The translations under genes and the position numbers were made by a program. Positions 18,302 through 26,793 of a DNA stretch of 35,878 nucleotides are shown one piece after another; position 1 is the stretch's first letter; each line of letters begins with the position of its first letter. Origin of the DNA: an uncultured Bacteroidales bacterium (GTDB lineage Bacteria > Bacteroidota > Bacteroidia > Bacteroidales > UBA932); the NCBI GenBank assembly GCA_937898205.1, contig CALEJC010000093.1:1-35878 (forward strand). The letters are read 5' to 3'. Below the pieces are notes generated by a model. That model searched no databases and was not told the DNA's origin. It saw only the letters and a program-made list of their open reading frames with translations.

Positions 18302-18345
18302 AAAAAGGAAGTAACCGACAAAAATTGCCGGTTACTTCCTTTTTT
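18302..18345. terminator. Bidirectional intrinsic terminator
   Basis: AAAAAGGAAGTAACCG...CGGTTACTTCCTTTTTT inverted repeat between convergent units. Confidence 0.85.
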
Positions 18346-18356
18346 ATATGGAGTGA

Positions 18357-19658
18357 TTATTCGCCCACGTGGAATGCCACGCGGAGGTCCTCAACTTCCT
18401 GGTCTGTGATCGGGTGAAGCTTTCCTGCAGGGGCTGCGAGGATGAGTGACTTGGCGCTGAATTCGGCTACCTCAAGGCGATCAAACGCATTGATGAGGGA
18501 GTCAGATGCCACGATCACCGAGTCGTTGGCAAGCATCACACAAGAGCGGTTCTTAAACGCGTCAGCCACTGTCACCGGATCTGTATACTGGATGCCAAAT
18601 GGGAACTTAGGTACATCCTGGAGGAAGATCCAGCTCTCAGGGATGGTGCGCACATTAAACTCGCTGTCTGTGGTGCAGAAGCCCATCAATGAAGGGCACT
18701 GAGTGAGCACAATAGCCTGCACTTTAGGGTTGCGACGATAGATCTCAAAATGGAGAGCGCTCGCACGGCTTGGTCTCTTGCCTGCTTCGGCCATACCATC
18801 TTTGATCTGCACGATATCATCCTCATTGATATCCCAACGCTGGATGCCGCTTGGAGTGATGAGGAAGTCGTTATCCTTCCAGCGCATTGACACTGTGCCG
18901 TATGAGCTGCTCATCAATCTCTGATCACAAGCTCTGCGCACAAGGCGGCAGATCTCTGTTCTGATAGCTCTCTCATCTGAAGGATGAGTTACGTTCATAA
19001 AGTGCTGGAAGTTTGGAAGATACTTCTCATGCATCAAAACCTGCTCAGGAGTGAGGTAATTTGGCTCGCCGAGGGTCTTGGCATTAAGGATTGTGCGGGC
19101 ACAAAGCTCGAGGGTCTCAAATCTCTGGTATGCGTCACCGATGTCTTCGCCACAAAGCACCACGCCATGGTTTTCCATGATCACAGCCTTGTACTCAGGG
19201 TTTTTCTGGAACTCAGCTGCGATGCTCTCACCGAGAGCGTTACTGCCTGGAACATCATATTTGGCAAATCCGATTGGGCCACACACGTCGTGTGCCTGAG
19301 GGATAATAGAGGTATCAGGAATCTGATGTATCACGCTGAAAGTCACGAGTCCTGGAGGATGAGCGTGGATCACAGCTCTCATCTTAGGACGGATCTGATA
19401 GATGGCCTTATGGAAAGGATACTCGGATGACGGACGGTGACGGCCTACGATAGTGCCGTCTGCCTTTACACACATGATGTCGGCGGCTGTAAGGGAACCC
19501 TTATCCACACCGGCAGGAGTAATCCACATATCCCCATTTTCATCCATAATGGAAAGGTTTCCTCCTGAAGTAGTGGTGAGACCGCTACGATAGATGCGAC
19601 CGATGATCAGAGCAAGCTGCTCTGCAGGGTGCATAAGTTGAGTGTTTAGTAGTTTCAT
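18357..19658 (-). CDS. Tandem two-domain class II aldolase/adducin family protein
   Basis: Domain 1: GGNLS, ITPAG, PSSEYPFH, HAH, NHG. Domain 2: GTVS, ITPSG, PSRASALH, but lacks HxH/NHG. Start set at ATG 19658 so it does not overlap lplA. Confidence 0.85.
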   Translation of the reverse strand: MKLLNTQLMHPAEQLALIIGRIYRSGLTTTSGGNLSIMDENGDMWITPAGVDKGSLTAADIMCVKADGTIVGRHRPSSEYPFHKAIYQIRPKMRAVIHAHPPGLVTFSVIHQIPDTSIIPQAHDVCGPIGFAKYDVPGSNALGESIAAEFQKNPEYKAVIMENHGVVLCGEDIGDAYQRFETLELCARTILNAKTLGEPNYLTPEQVLMHEKYLPNFQHFMNVTHPSDERAIRTEICRLVRRACDQRLMSSSYGTVSMRWKDNDFLITPSGIQRWDINEDDIVQIKDGMAEAGKRPSRASALHFEIYRRNPKVQAIVLTQCPSLMGFCTTDSEFNVRTIPESWIFLQDVPKFPFGIQYTDPVTVADAFKNRSCVMLANDSVIVASDSLINAFDRLEVAEFSAKSLILAAPAGKLHPITDQEVEDLRVAFHVGE

Positions 19659-19668
19659 ATCGTTTAAA

Positions 19669-20625
19669 TTAATTACCAATCAGCAATGCGAATATTTCCT
19701 CAGCGCTCGTCCCCTCGAAGTACCGACCGACCTCACACGCCCTCACAGCCTCCCACACAAGCTCACGCTCGAAGCGCAGCCCGAGGAGACGAGCGCTGAA
19801 CTCGGCAGCATCCTGCTCCCCGACAAAATCTCCCCCGAAGCGCAGAGCATCAATACAGCCACCCTTCAGGCTAAGCGAGAGCTCTACTGTGCCACAGGCA
19901 TACCTCCCTCGCCGCTGAAAATCAGCTTCCTTACTGCGTCCGTATACCCAGTCCCAGGAAGCAAACTTCTGCTCCGCTTCGCTACGGATCTGCTCCATGG
20001 CATCTTCCGGAAGCTCCAACCGAGTGTCCTCACCGGCAAGATAGGCGGCAAGATGAGCAACAAACTCCTCAAACGACATATCTGCAGGCAGATATTCCTT
20101 GAGATTGGCGACTCTCGACCGCACAGAAGCTATCCCCTTGGCCTGAAGTTTTGAACTTGGAGTATCAAGCACCTTTGTCAAAGTGTCGAGGTCCACATCA
20201 TACATCAATGTGCCATGGATGAGCTCCCGCTCCTTCCACACACGCTTGGCATAGCCTGAGACCTTGCGACCATCTACAAATATATCATTTCTTCCCGACA
20301 ATTCCGCATTTATCCCTAAACTCTTCAGGGCATCGACAATCGGCTGCGGACTCAGGTCCTTCCCTACAAATGTATAGTTAAGGTTTTTCAGGTCGTGATA
20401 TACTGCACCGCCACCTGTCACTCTTCGTGCAAGACAGATGCCTTCCTGTCGCAGATAATCAAGGTTTACCTCGCTATAGACATTTTGATTCAGGCCGACA
20501 ATCACCGCCGGACTGTTTTGCCATAGGTAGAAAAAACTCTCATTCGACGAATATTGCTGCAAGCAATACTCGTCGAATGACATATTAAAATAAGGATCTG
20601 TTGACTTATTTATGAGGAATTTCAC
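19669..20625 (-). CDS. lplA: Lipoate-protein ligase A
   Basis: DPYFN..FDEY, LWQN..AVIVG.NQ, RRVTGGGAVYHD, GRND....RKVSG, HGTL, KGIASVRSRVANL. Confidence 0.92.
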   Translation of the reverse strand: MKFLINKSTDPYFNMSFDEYCLQQYSSNESFFYLWQNSPAVIVGLNQNVYSEVNLDYLRQEGICLARRVTGGGAVYHDLKNLNYTFVGKDLSPQPIVDALKSLGINAELSGRNDIFVDGRKVSGYAKRVWKERELIHGTLMYDVDLDTLTKVLDTPSSKLQAKGIASVRSRVANLKEYLPADMSFEEFVAHLAAYLAGEDTRLELPEDAMEQIRSEAEQKFASWDWVYGRSKEADFQRRGRYACGTVELSLSLKGGCIDALRFGGDFVGEQDAAEFSARLLGLRFERELVWEAVRACEVGRYFEGTSAEEIFALLIGN

Positions 20626-20637
20626 TTCCCTGCAAGA

Positions 20638-21645
20638 TTACATCTCGTTGCCCACCTTGCGAGCTCTCTCCGGCTTGTCAAGGTTGATGCCGTCGCTCAC
20701 TGCGATTTCCACAAGCACGTTCCAGCCGGCGCAAAGATAAACATAGTTCTGGAGGCAAGCCTCTGGCACTACGATTGTCTTATCAAAGGCTGTCTGCTTT
20801 GTGCTGATGGCCACTGTGTGCACTCCTGCACCCTTGAGCACTGAGATAAACTTCTCTGTCTCGCTCTCGATAGGATTTACCACAAATACTACATCGCCCT
20901 CCTGCATAACCTCCTCGATACCATGCACAGCATAGGTTCCCTCAAGGAAGTCGCTCTTGCGGCGTGTGATTTCGTTGGTCTTGAGTGTGAGCTCCTCAGC
21001 GACACCGTCATTAAGTCCGCTGAAGTAGATAGTCTGAGCAGACTTTACCCAAGAGATGATCTCAGGGTCGATCTGCATGGTGAGGGCTTCCTCAAGTTTC
21101 TCAGGAAGTCCGGCAAGAGAAGCCTTCATGTCCTTGCCCTGAAGATGCCAGAAGATTGACTCACAGAAGAGTCCCTGCTCCACAACGCTCTTAGTGGCAG
21201 CCACAGCCTCTTCCCAACCACAGCCAAGCACATGACCCTTCACGCAGGTCTGCTCGATAGGAGTGTCAGGGTTGGCACTGAGTGAATATATTTCTTTATG
21301 TCCCTGCTCCGCAAGCTGCTTTGCAAGCATGAGTGCTTCTCTGGTTCTACCCGAGTTAGAATCTACGAGCACAGTATATTTGCTAAGGTCATAGGCGGCT
21401 GCCTGACGGGCACCGTCCAACTGTACATTTACATCCTGTCCCCACTTGAGTGCTCTATAACGAGCATTCTTTGCCGGGATAAGACGTGATGAGCCTTCTC
21501 CTGTGAAGAAGATTTTGCCAGTCTTCTTGACTGACTCTGCTACAAACTCCGAGCAAGCAGGATCAAAAGCGGCAACTGTGGCCACTGTATCCATCATTTC
21601 TCTAACCAAATAAAACTCAGAGTACTTAGATTCTTTTAAATTCAT
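20638..21645 (-). CDS. SIS-domain sugar-phosphate isomerase/deaminase (GlmS C-terminal-like, no glutaminase domain)
   Basis: GEGSS, SNSGRTRE, E.AVAATKS, ELTLKTNEI, HG, GINLDKPERARKV; only 335 aa. Confidence 0.8.
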   Translation of the reverse strand: MNLKESKYSEFYLVREMMDTVATVAAFDPACSEFVAESVKKTGKIFFTGEGSSRLIPAKNARYRALKWGQDVNVQLDGARQAAAYDLSKYTVLVDSNSGRTREALMLAKQLAEQGHKEIYSLSANPDTPIEQTCVKGHVLGCGWEEAVAATKSVVEQGLFCESIFWHLQGKDMKASLAGLPEKLEEALTMQIDPEIISWVKSAQTIYFSGLNDGVAEELTLKTNEITRRKSDFLEGTYAVHGIEEVMQEGDVVFVVNPIESETEKFISVLKGAGVHTVAISTKQTAFDKTIVVPEACLQNYVYLCAGWNVLVEIAVSDGINLDKPERARKVGNEM

Positions 21646-21657
21646 ACGTCTACCATT

Positions 21658-23862
21658 TTAAACTCGGGACTTCAAGGCATCAAGCATAACCAGCACCTCT
21701 TCTGTCTCTTTTTTAATCAATTTAACAAAACTATTGTCGTCCAATTCGCCGATTGCCGCAATCATTTCGTCCTGGTTGCGATAGGTGGCCCGGCGGAACG
21801 GATTATGATAGTCTTTCTCGCGAGAAGCACGCACCTGATCGCAGATAAACCTTCTCACTTCCTTCTCGTCTTCGATTGCCGCAAGCCAATCCTCTGCAGT
21901 CATCTTATCCAAGCCGTGAAGCTCGCAGTAGCAGGCATAGGCATGGTTAAATTTGTCCATCGGATAACGCTCCCAGATGCTATCATACCTCTCATGGATC
22001 GCCTTCCAAGAGTCAAGAACTCCGACACCGATATCTGCACGCAGGGTATCCACATCGCTTTCCTTCATGAGCTGTCCGCCCATATTTACCCAAGACTTCA
22101 CTCTTTCTGTGCTCAAAGCTGCAGTCATCTGCTCAAAATCTGCCTCAGGATGTGCTTCCATATAGGCTATCACATTGTTGATCAGATAGTGGGTAATCAT
22201 ATCCTTGTAGGCTTTGTGAGCTTTGTAGGCCTTCAGGATGACAACCTCTCTTCTTGATTTTTCCATGCCCTCGCCAAGCACCTTGAGACCATCGACCACT
22301 GATGCATCACCTGCAAAGAGCTCAGCTCCGATCTTCCTCAGCTCCTGCTCAGACTTGTCTTCCCAACCCTGTCCCTGCGATTTGAGCCAAGCCTTTGCTG
22401 TCCAGACTTCAAGAAGCGCGATTGCTGTCAAGGCCTCTTCCATGCTATCAGGGGCAAAAGTGTCAAACTCGATGTGCTGAACTTTGGTCACACGAGTGTC
22501 TCTAGTCTGGAACTTCCAGTTGTTACGAGCCAGCGCATACATATTGTAGTTCCACCAGAAAGCCGGCATAACTTCAAGTCTGCCTTGGGCTTCATTGTTG
22601 CCTACAACGCTGAAAGGCAGCTTGATATTCAGCTCTGCCGGATATGCTCCCTTGGAAAGAAGGGTATATGACGGGAATATTGACGAATGTTTGATCGAGG
22701 TGCACAAGCCCGGCCAGAAACCTCTTCCGGCCACGACTTCGTTATCATTGGAGCGGCTGTTGTGGTTGGATCCCACGGTTGCACCGGCTGCCATGTTGCT
22801 TTGTCCCTTGATGCATGACGCGATGAGGAAAGAGTTGTTGTGATGCTGCTCGTGCGCAGGGAATACAAGGTTGTTGAGCGCTTCGCAGCAAGAGATTGTG
22901 CTGTTGTCTCCAAGTATTGTATCGATAACTCTTGCGCCATACTTCAGCTTGCAGTTGGTGCCGATCACAAACTTTACTGCAGTACATCCATAGAAGATGC
23001 GGCTTCCATAACCCACGATACCGTTGACAAGGATTACGTTTTCTCCGATCTGAGTGGCTTCCTTTTCAGAAGAAAGGATGGTGATATTCTTGAGCTTGCT
23101 GGCTCCCTTGATATAGCAATATGGACCGATCTTGGCATCCTTGATGATCTCCGAGGTCTTGATCACACAAGACTCACCCACTGTGCCATAGTAGCCTCTA
23201 TGGTTGTCCTGGCTGTTTTGAGTAATCTCCTTGAGTTTTGTCTGAAGAGCCTTATCATCGACATACTTACCCCAGAGGTAGGCATCGGCAGTAATCATCC
23301 CCTCAAAAGGACATACTTTCCTGCAGCCTGTCTCGTTCATGATCTCCAGCTGCACTCTCACGCTTTCTTTCTCGCCATCCTTGATGATGCCGTTACCAAA
23401 CTTCGAGTGGTCGGTTGTAGACATCTCGTGGATATTGAAAAGCATGCAACGGTCACCTATAATATAATGACTAAGATAGTGCACATCGTGGATTGCACAG
23501 TCGTCGCCGATATCACAAGAGTGGATAGATGAGTTGGTAATGCCTACAGGCAGTCTCAAATCATGGAACTGAAGACCCTTCTCAGACACGCGTCCGATGC
23601 GGACTGTGCCGTAGAAGTTATTATTCTTGATATAGCGTGGAGAAAACTCGTCGGTTACATAGATCGAGTCCCAACTTGCAGCATTATTGTTATTCAGGAC
23701 AAGTCGCTCTATTTCGTCGCTGGTGAGGTGACGCCACTCACTTTGCGGGCGTTTTGATTGACGATTTCTTAAATAATATTTATTCTCTCCCTCGGGCAGA
23801 AATGACGGATCAATCCATGCATCAAAAAGCTTCTCCGGAGCTAGAATCGTAACCTTCTCCAT
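21658..23862 (-). CDS. DUF4954-like protein with left-handed beta-helix (hexapeptide) repeats
   Basis: WRHLT..EIERL, hexapeptide-like IG..C.I repeats, HEQHHNNSFLIA, GATVGSNHNSR. Confidence 0.7.
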   Translation of the reverse strand: MEKVTILAPEKLFDAWIDPSFLPEGENKYYLRNRQSKRPQSEWRHLTSDEIERLVLNNNNAASWDSIYVTDEFSPRYIKNNNFYGTVRIGRVSEKGLQFHDLRLPVGITNSSIHSCDIGDDCAIHDVHYLSHYIIGDRCMLFNIHEMSTTDHSKFGNGIIKDGEKESVRVQLEIMNETGCRKVCPFEGMITADAYLWGKYVDDKALQTKLKEITQNSQDNHRGYYGTVGESCVIKTSEIIKDAKIGPYCYIKGASKLKNITILSSEKEATQIGENVILVNGIVGYGSRIFYGCTAVKFVIGTNCKLKYGARVIDTILGDNSTISCCEALNNLVFPAHEQHHNNSFLIASCIKGQSNMAAGATVGSNHNSRSNDNEVVAGRGFWPGLCTSIKHSSIFPSYTLLSKGAYPAELNIKLPFSVVGNNEAQGRLEVMPAFWWNYNMYALARNNWKFQTRDTRVTKVQHIEFDTFAPDSMEEALTAIALLEVWTAKAWLKSQGQGWEDKSEQELRKIGAELFAGDASVVDGLKVLGEGMEKSRREVVILKAYKAHKAYKDMITHYLINNVIAYMEAHPEADFEQMTAALSTERVKSWVNMGGQLMKESDVDTLRADIGVGVLDSWKAIHERYDSIWERYPMDKFNHAYACYCELHGLDKMTAEDWLAAIEDEKEVRRFICDQVRASREKDYHNPFRRATYRNQDEMIAAIGELDDNSFVKLIKKETEEVLVMLDALKSRV

Positions 23863-23893
23863 AACAATATACTTTAGAGATTATTTTAACCCC

Positions 23894-23901
23894 CAAAAAT
23901 A
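23894..23901 (-). promoter_or_regulatory. -7 box (TATTTTTG) for the DUF4954-SIS-lplA-aldolase operon
   Basis: CAAAAATA on +, 32 nt upstream of ATG 23862, in an AT-rich gap. Confidence 0.4.
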
Positions 23902-23951
23902 TAAAAACAGCAAAAAAAAACAATGATTTTTTTTAAAAATCTAACACCCGG

Positions 23952-24509
23952 CTACAACAATGGCAGAAGATAATTCTTTATCTCAGGGAAGGTAGGAAGG
24001 TGCTTACCGGGGTAACGCACCCCCTGGCCGGGATAGTACAGCTCAAACTCGTCGAAGCAATTGACCATCTCATCTTCTGTAGCAAACATCCCCCTTGTAA
24101 GAGACTGTTCCTGAGGTGTCAGGTCATCAAATTCCACACATTCCAGCGCCTCATATCCACGACAGATGTCTTCGGTGATAAAAAAGCTTTCGGCACCATC
24201 CTGCCGAGGCGAAAGATACTTCACCTCCCCTATCATAGTGCGCATCAAGCGCGACACATGGAAGTCAGGATTGACAAGAATCTTGCGGTATCCACGCAAC
24301 TTCTGAGCCCAGAATCCTCCCAAAGACAGACCGACTACAAGATCAGGATGCTCCCTGTCGCAGATACCCTGCAACATCTCCAGCGCCTCCCGGGGATCGA
24401 TAGGCACATCAGGGGCAATCACCTCGCAAGGCTTGAGGAGTATCCTAAGCGAGGAAGCCATCTTATAAGCTCCGGAGGAAGCCAGTCCGTGTATGAAAAG
24501 TATGCGCAT
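23952..24509 (-). CDS. YqiA/YcfP-like alpha/beta hydrolase (esterase)
   Basis: FIHGLASS, GLSLGG nucleophile elbow, LVNP, D and H near the C-terminus. Confidence 0.85.
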   Translation of the reverse strand: MRILFIHGLASSGAYKMASSLRILLKPCEVIAPDVPIDPREALEMLQGICDREHPDLVVGLSLGGFWAQKLRGYRKILVNPDFHVSRLMRTMIGEVKYLSPRQDGAESFFITEDICRGYEALECVEFDDLTPQEQSLTRGMFATEDEMVNCFDEFELYYPGQGVRYPGKHLPTFPEIKNYLLPLL

Positions 24510-24524
24510 AATCAGTCCTTAAAT

Positions 24525-24615
24525 AATTAAGATAGGGCTTATCTCACGACAAGCCCTATCAGCAATTCTAACCTAAAATTAAACCTATGAAAAAACTATT
24601 CACGGCATTCTCTAC
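24525..24615 (-). ncRNA. Candidate 3'-UTR-derived sRNA (possibly FopS-like)
   Basis: Minus strand: AGTTTTTTCATAGGTTTAATTTTAGGTTAG followed by a hairpin with a GTCGTGAGAT loop; resemblance recalled from memory, not searched. Confidence 0.35.
24531..24560 (-). terminator. Hairpin/terminator downstream of cyclophilin
   Basis: GATAGGGCTT-ATCTCACGAC-AAGCCCTATC perfect 10-bp stem. Confidence 0.7.
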
Positions 24616-24626
24616 AAAAATCATTC

Positions 24627-25322
24627 CTACTGATTATCAGCAAGTTTGATTGTAACAATCTTTACATCCTGAAGAGGACAATCTCTGCCATTGGTCTCAA
24701 CGGTGGCAATCTTCTGTATCACATCAAAACCCTCAACTGTCTCTCCAAAGACGGTATAATCTCCGTCGAGAGAAGCACATGTTGCAGGATCCTGAACGAT
24801 ATAGAACTGAGAACCTGATGACTCCTTGAGAGGATTAGCGGGGTCCCCTCTACGAGCTGCGGCAAGAGCGCCAAGTTTGTGTTTATATTCAGGGATGAAC
24901 TCTGCTGGCACTGTATAACCAGGGCCACCTGTTCCAAAGCGGTTGGCATTGGCAGGGTCCTTGGTAAGAGGATCGCCTGTCTGAATCATAAAGCCATCAA
25001 TCACTCGGTGGAAAAGGATTCCATCATAGAACTTCTCAAGAGCGAGACGAGCGAAGTTTTCACGATGCTTTGGAGTCTTGGAATAGAGCTTTACCTTGAT
25101 GACACCCATAGTGGTAATGATGTCAAAGATAGGCTCTTCCGGCAAGTTGGCTATAGTCTCTGCTGTCTGTTTTGCCAACTCTGCCGCTGCAACTGAATCA
25201 GCTGCTGCTTTTGCTGCAGCCTCGGCTGCTGCCTGGGCTGCTTTTTTTTCTGAGTTTCCACAACTGCTCACCAGTGCTACGGCACCGATGCAGCATGCGA
25301 TAATAGTTAGAATGCGTTTCAT
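24627..25322 (-). CDS. Cyclophilin-type peptidyl-prolyl isomerase, lipoprotein
   Basis: TPKHRENF, FHRVIDGFMIQTGDP, SSGSQFYIV, LDGDYTVFGE; lipobox VSSC and Ala-rich linker. Confidence 0.93.
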   Translation of the reverse strand: MKRILTIIACCIGAVALVSSCGNSEKKAAQAAAEAAAKAAADSVAAAELAKQTAETIANLPEEPIFDIITTMGVIKVKLYSKTPKHRENFARLALEKFYDGILFHRVIDGFMIQTGDPLTKDPANANRFGTGGPGYTVPAEFIPEYKHKLGALAAARRGDPANPLKESSGSQFYIVQDPATCASLDGDYTVFGETVEGFDVIQKIATVETNGRDCPLQDVKIVTIKLADNQ

Positions 25323-25332
25323 TTTTTATAAG

Positions 25333-26793
25333 TTATTTTCCTTGTTTTCTATATATGAGTCTGCGCCATGCGGCATAACAATAAACAGCTATTAAAACAG
25401 TATTTATCGCCAGCTCCGAAATCTGCGCAACTTTGCAAAAATGCACAATAATCTTTGAAAGTGCAAGAAGAATTAATGCTAAAAGCACAAAAAAGAATAT
25501 CTGTCGCCAGTCATATGCCACCGGATATCGTTTTCTGCCGATGAAATAACTCAAAAGCATAGATGTCCCATATCCGGCAAATCCACCCCATGCACAGGCA
25601 TAGTAGCCGATCTTAGGGACAAATATCACATTTATAGCTATCATCACAGCCGCACCTATCGAGCTTATCACTGCTCCCCACCAGGTCTGGTCGCTGAGTT
25701 TATACCAAAACGAGAGGTTAAAATATATGCCCATAAAGATCTCTGCCGCCATAACGATAGGCACGACATCCAGACCCGACCAGTAGTCAGGAGCCACAAA
25801 GTGCTTGAGGATAGGCATATAAAATACCACCGCGATAAAGGCCAGAACGGTAAAGATGATAAAATACTTCATGCCGTCGGCAAGCGTGGCCGGGCTGTTT
25901 TTATCTTTGCTGTCAGCAAAGACTATCGGCTCGTAGGCATACCTGAAAGCTTGTGTAAGAAGCGCCATAATCATCGCTATCTTCACACAACCACCATAGA
26001 TTCCAAGCTGCACCTGCCCTTCTGCTCCCGGCATCAGTAGTGGAAAAATCATCTTATCAGCTACCTGATTCAGGATGCCCACGAGGCTGAGAAGGAGCAA
26101 AGGGAAAGAATACTTCAGCATCCTTCTCGCGAGATCCCTGTCAAAGCCGTAGGCAATCCCTTTGATCTCAGGCACAAAAAGGATAGTGACCACAGATGTG
26201 CAGAGAAGGTTGGCAAAGAAGATCAGTCCCACACCACCATCAAAGCGGGCAAAGATATCGGCAAACTGCTGCATATCCTTGAGCACCAAGAAGATGAGCA
26301 GATTGAGCAGGATGCTCGGGATGATAAATGCAAACTTCAGGAGCATAAACCTGAAAGGTCTATGCTGCTGACGCAGACGCGAGAACATTATCGCCTGGAA
26401 GGCATCCAAAGCAGTAATGACGGCAAAACAAGCTATATATTCAGGGTGCGACGCATATCCCAATGCGGCACTGATGGGGTCAAGGAAGCAGAAGACAAGC
26501 AGCAGGAACACCAGCGCAACCCCGCCCACAAGTCGCAGGGCGTTGCTGTATACCATCCTACCATCCTCATCCTTCCTGGACGCAAACCTAAACAGTGTCG
26601 TCTCCATGCCAAAAGTCAGAAGCGCAAGGAAAAAAGCAGTGTAGGCATAGAGGTTGGTGACTATACCGTAGCCTCCGCTTTCTGCAGAGATGGCATAGGT
26701 ATAGACAGGAACCAGCAGGTAATTGAGAAACCTGCCTACAATACTGCTAAGGCCATAGACAGCCGTATCCTTGACCAGTGACTTAAGGTTCAT
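25333..26793 (-). CDS. Oligosaccharide/polysaccharide flippase (Wzx/MOP superfamily)
   Basis: LVKDTAVYGLSSIVGRFLNYLLVP, TFGMETTLFRF, QAFRYAYEP; many TM segments. Confidence 0.85.
   Translation of the reverse strand: MNLKSLVKDTAVYGLSSIVGRFLNYLLVPVYTYAISAESGGYGIVTNLYAYTAFFLALLTFGMETTLFRFASRKDEDGRMVYSNALRLVGGVALVFLLLVFCFLDPISAALGYASHPEYIACFAVITALDAFQAIMFSRLRQQHRPFRFMLLKFAFIIPSILLNLLIFLVLKDMQQFADIFARFDGGVGLIFFANLLCTSVVTILFVPEIKGIAYGFDRDLARRMLKYSFPLLLLSLVGILNQVADKMIFPLLMPGAEGQVQLGIYGGCVKIAMIMALLTQAFRYAYEPIVFADSKDKNSPATLADGMKYFIIFTVLAFIAVVFYMPILKHFVAPDYWSGLDVVPIVMAAEIFMGIYFNLSFWYKLSDQTWWGAVISSIGAAVMIAINVIFVPKIGYYACAWGGFAGYGTSMLLSYFIGRKRYPVAYDWRQIFFFVLLALILLALSKIIVHFCKVAQISELAINTVLIAVYCYAAWRRLIYRKQGK

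Noticed and set aside
17980..18321. Several short ORFs (106, 65, 74, 74 aa), and likewise those at 9952-10246
   Set aside because: They are translations of the GC-rich structured element; only 18199-18300 has protein-level meaning (Rhs core fragment).
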